In this document: positions 27,230 to 30,171 of the stretch, piece by piece
How positions within the stretch are numbered: the stretch's first letter is position 1
Layout of the letters: each line of letters begins with the position of its first letter
DNA from: a virus
Taxonomy: Duplodnaviria > Caudoviricetes
Strand: one strand, 5' to 3'
Length of the DNA stretch: 30,171 nt
IMG/VR virus record: IMGVR_UViG_3300030330_002901
Span: 1-30,171 of that record
Position numbers and translations under genes: made by a program
Notes under the pieces: model-generated
Seen by the model: only the letters and a program-made list of their open reading frames with translations
Databases searched by the model: none
What the model was told of the DNA's origin: nothing

Positions 27230-27257
27230 TATATTAGATTTAATTATTAGTAATATA

Positions 27258-27265
27258 CAAATATA
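27258..27265 (-). promoter_or_regulatory. Bacteroidota -7 promoter element (TATATTTG)
   Basis: TAnnTTTG in the intergenic gap, 28 nt upstream of the ATG at 27229. Confidence 0.7.
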
Positions 27266-27283
27266 AGTAATTTTTAATTGTGA

Positions 27284-27979
27284 TTATCTACCTATAACTG
27301 TTTCGATATCGCTACTGGCTACATCTATCACTTCTGAAATATTTTCACCTATTACTCCATTAACAGTATTGCTATACCCTGATGCAGTTGCAGTAAAGGT
27401 AAGCCGAGGTGTATAGGCAAAATTTTGTCGAGCTTGTTGATTAGTTCCAGAAACTTCAGGCTCTAAATCATCATAATCAGAAAAACTAAGTATAGCTATT
27501 TTTAATTGGCCAGTTAAAAAAGCTGTGATAGCATTGCTATTTAAATTCATAGTGCTTATGTTATTGGTGTCGGGCCATAAAAATTCTTCATCATTTTGAC
27601 CATAGTTAGTCGAGCCATAATTATCAAAGTCAGAGGTTGATAAATTTGAAAAACTTGGTCTACTACCTTGTGCAGTAGAATTTACAAATGCTACAGCCAT
27701 ATTCGTAGATGTTGATGTAGTAGGATCAAATTGTAATTTTAAATTTGTTATTGTAAATCCACTTGAATAAGAAGATGTATCAAATGCAAAAAAAGAACGA
27801 AACACTTGCCACTCTGAGCCTTTTCCCCCACTTGAAAAACTTGTTTTTGCTGCTATAGCATTTGAATTGTTTGGTTGATTTTGAACAGACGCAGCAGTAG
27901 TAGCATCCCGGGTAGCCGCCCAACTGTCTGTACCAAAGTTTTGTAGAACACCATATTTTGTTGCAGTTATTGTTGGCAT
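27284..27979 (-). CDS. Fibre-associated / receptor-binding-like protein, 231 aa
   Basis: Ser/Thr-rich jelly-roll-like sequence (RSFFAFDTS...ITNLKL...PRLTFT) with a short C-terminal repeat tail. Confidence 0.6.
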   Translation of the reverse strand: MPTITATKYGVLQNFGTDSWAATRDATTAASVQNQPNNSNAIAAKTSFSSGGKGSEWQVFRSFFAFDTSSYSSGFTITNLKLQFDPTTSTSTNMAVAFVNSTAQGSRPSFSNLSTSDFDNYGSTNYGQNDEEFLWPDTNNISTMNLNSNAITAFLTGQLKIAILSFSDYDDLEPEVSGTNQQARQNFAYTPRLTFTATASGYSNTVNGVIGENISEVIDVASSDIETVIGR

Positions 27980-27981
27980 AT

Positions 27982-29226
27982 CTAACTATTTTCAACCCAA
28001 GTATTGTCAGGACAGAAAAATATAGTATTACTATCGATAGCATATCCGACAACACGAACATAATCTCCCGAGCCGGATGGAGCAGTATTAGTCATTTGAC
28101 CTGAAGTGTTGGATACATAAAGAGGTCTACCTGCTGTAAATCCATGACTTGCTTTTCTGAAAACTCCTCTTGTTAACATACCATTTCCACTGTTTGTACC
28201 AGTAGCAATAGCCAATAAATTAGTAGTAATATCACTATCTGCATCTGCCTCTGTCCAAGCCGCTGCAAAATTACTCTTACCATATAATTTGCCTGCAGTA
28301 GTTGAAGTACTGTGCAGGGCTATAACTTCACCATTAAATGAAGACGCACTATTCGAAACTTGTAGTTTTATTCGTGTATTTGTACCAAAGGCAAACTGCT
28401 GTACACTTGTAGCATTCATTTGTATGGAGTCGCTTTGTAAATTAATAGTTTGATCAGTTAAGCGAATATTAGTAGCAGCTTGGGTTACCAAGTCAATTAT
28501 CAAAGTTTCATCTCCACCATCTACATCTCCTATTGTAAGTAAATTTGATGCTGCAGTTTCTTGAAAATTTGTAGTAGAACCCAAACTAAGTGTGCCACCT
28601 GAAACTGTTAAGTCACCAGTTACCTTACCACCACCAGAAAGGGTTTCGTATTTTTTCGAGCCATTATGAAAAAGCTCTACTGCTCCATTACCAAAACAGT
28701 TTATAGCACTTTCAGAAGTCTGAGCACGAATTAAAACATCATCAGCAGCAAGAATAACTAAATCATCATTATTAGCCTCTATTCTACCATCAGCTCCATC
28801 GGAATATATTTTCAAATCATTACCTGCACCAAAATTAGCATCAACATTATCAGCCCAAGAGAAATCGGCAGTTACATTTGCTCCTGCAAAAGTAGAAGAG
28901 GCGGTAGTTACTGCACCTCCATTAATACTTACACCGGTTGCGGTAGTGCCGAGTCTTAAAGTGTTGTTGTGATATAAATCTACAGAATCATCTTTGGTGG
29001 CAGTCAACATGGTTTCTTGAGTACCAACTGCTGCACTTTCTATTATAAATGTATCAGTTTGAAATCTAATTTTACCAGCCGCAGTTCCTTGTTGAAACCA
29101 CATCTCACCAGTAGATCCTTCAAATATAGCGACTTGCTCGGGTGTGCTATTTTCACCTATAACTACAGATGCTTTAAATGTACCTGAGTTGTCAGTAACA
29201 GTACTGCTTAGAAAGTTGATTGGCAT
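27982..29226 (-). CDS. Tail fibre protein, 414 aa
   Basis: Two copies of a fibre module (SVDLYHNNTLRLGTTATGVSING; AVELFHNGSKKYETLSGGGKVTG), a DNVDANFGAGNDLKIYSDG motif, and C-terminal TAPSGSGDYVRVVGYA...FFCPDNTWVE. Confidence 0.75.
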   Translation of the reverse strand: MPINFLSSTVTDNSGTFKASVVIGENSTPEQVAIFEGSTGEMWFQQGTAAGKIRFQTDTFIIESAAVGTQETMLTATKDDSVDLYHNNTLRLGTTATGVSINGGAVTTASSTFAGANVTADFSWADNVDANFGAGNDLKIYSDGADGRIEANNDDLVILAADDVLIRAQTSESAINCFGNGAVELFHNGSKKYETLSGGGKVTGDLTVSGGTLSLGSTTNFQETAASNLLTIGDVDGGDETLIIDLVTQAATNIRLTDQTINLQSDSIQMNATSVQQFAFGTNTRIKLQVSNSASSFNGEVIALHSTSTTAGKLYGKSNFAAAWTEADADSDITTNLLAIATGTNSGNGMLTRGVFRKASHGFTAGRPLYVSNTSGQMTNTAPSGSGDYVRVVGYAIDSNTIFFCPDNTWVENS

Positions 29227-29238
29227 ACTAAATTAAAT

Positions 29239-30171
29239 TTATGCAACCTTCGTAATCAATACTCTTATATCATTCGTTGAAGGTGCGGTTGTAAAACTAA
29301 TTGTTACTTGTGATGTAGAAGTTCTAACTACATCAGCGTAAACAGTATCATAAGTAGAGTTATCATATAACTGAACCATTACATCCCTTGTGCTTAAGCC
29401 ATGGCTTACAGCAAAGGAAGTAGATGTATTATCTCCAATATTTACTACATATTGTTCGTTAGCGGCAATACAAGTGCTAACAGCAGTACAGAAATCAGAA
29501 ACCTGAGATGCTGTAATGTCAATATTCTGTTCACTTAGCGAAGATAATAAACCTTTTGCAGTTACTGTAGCAGAAAGTGATTTACTTGCACCACCCACTG
29601 AACCAGCACTTACACCAGTGTTGTCTAATGTAACAAATCCATTGGCAGTTACTCCAAAGTTTGCACTGTCAAAACCAGCGACACCTTTTTCTGTTGCTCC
29701 ATCTGTTGCTCCTGCTCCTGCAATGTTTTCATCTGCTATTACAACTGTATAGTCTGATAGTGATGGCGAAGAACTCGCTGCAATATTTGAGTTTGCAAAT
29801 ATTAAATCACCTGGCTCTACATTGTCTGTAAAGAAAGAACCCGCAACTGTTACTGCAAAGAAGTCACCTTGTGTTAATGCTATGTTACTTCCTCCAGTTA
29901 ATGCAGGAGAGTTTGTACTTGCGTTATATCCACCTTGGAATACACCAACTCCAGCAACAAGTGATTGTACTTGTCCTAAGTTTACACCATCAGTAGATGC
30001 TGTACCTGTTTTTACATTTAATAATTTATTTGTTCCAAAGTTTACATCTCCTTCAGCAGCACCAAATTGTTGTAGATGAATATCATCTATATCAATCTTT
30101 TTGTTACCTGAAGCATTTACAAGCAGCTCGTTTGTAGCAGCTACAGATGAAACCGTTGTTATCGCATTGAA
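29239..30171 (-). CDS. Tail fibre/structural protein, >310 aa, 5'-truncated by the window edge
   Basis: The frame is open from 30171 to TAA at 29239, so the track's 119-aa ORF is only its C-terminus. Contains KLLNVKTGTASTDGVNLGQV, FQGGYNASTNSPAL and SHGLSTRDVMVQLYD. Confidence 0.8.
   Translation of the reverse strand, partial: FNAITTVSSVAATNELLVNASGNKKIDIDDIHLQQFGAAEGDVNFGTNKLLNVKTGTASTDGVNLGQVQSLVAGVGVFQGGYNASTNSPALTGGSNIALTQGDFFAVTVAGSFFTDNVEPGDLIFANSNIAASSSPSLSDYTVVIADENIAGAGATDGATEKGVAGFDSANFGVTANGFVTLDNTGVSAGSVGGASKSLSATVTAKGLLSSLSEQNIDITASQVSDFCTAVSTCIAANEQYVVNIGDNTSTSFAVSHGLSTRDVMVQLYDNSTYDTVYADVVRTSTSQVTISFTTAPSTNDIRVLITKVA

Noticed and set aside
7665-27984. Stop-codon reassignment as in some crAss-like phages
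   Set aside because: Genes are intact in the standard code, and TAG (7665, 27982), TGA (20191, 23162) and TAA are all used as stops at gene boundaries.
8571-28061. Other same-strand out-of-frame ORFs (8571-8810, 22097-22345, 27780-28061)
   Set aside because: No recognisable protein pattern, and they overlap constrained coding regions rather than linkers.
29239-29598. 119-aa ORF as a complete gene
   Set aside because: The frame stays open to the window edge, so it is the C-terminus of a longer fibre gene.
113-30079. All plus-strand ORFs in the track (e.g. 113-448, 1688-2107, 22035-22496)
   Set aside because: They lie antisense to long minus-strand genes and are Ser/Phe/Leu-rich mirror translations with no motifs.
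1-30171. CRISPR array, tRNA, intron/intein, DGR or transposon
   Set aside because: Intergenic gaps are all under about 90 nt, with no spaced repeats or cloverleaf. TerL, portal and MCP are uninterrupted, and I saw no RT, transposase or integrase motifs.
1-30171. Inferring the MTase target from site avoidance or abundance (GATC is common)
   Set aside because: Cannot be quantified reliably by eye; it needs a k-mer observed/expected analysis.

Overview
This window is the virion morphogenesis region of a tailed dsDNA bacteriophage, with every credible gene on the minus strand. The host is probably a Bacteroidota/Flavobacteriia bacterium: six TAnnTTTG promoter boxes sit just upstream of genes, and start regions are A/T-rich without Shine-Dalgarno sites. 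In transcription order (right to left) the genes are: tail fibre/adhesin genes, small conserved ORFs, a tandem GroES-like protein, putative TerS, TerL, portal, a PAP2-family phosphatase, scaffold, major capsid protein, head/tail ring proteins, a split tail nozzle (stabilisation) protein, a GNAT-like protein and three internal (ejection) proteins. This podovirus-type layout resembles crAss-like phages. The supplied ORF track misses the main feature, a stop-free >1498-codon ORF from 4494 that runs off the left edge. By hand translation it encodes a giant ejection-type polyvalent protein with a duplicated N-terminal motif, hydrophobic segments, a HEXXH zincin domain, a winged HTH and a beta-class amino-DNA methyltransferase (DPPY). 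A 53-aa basic ORF (MPVKSKAQ...) is nested in its +1 frame and may be a real overprinted gene. Family assignments come from motif recognition and synteny only; no searches were run.
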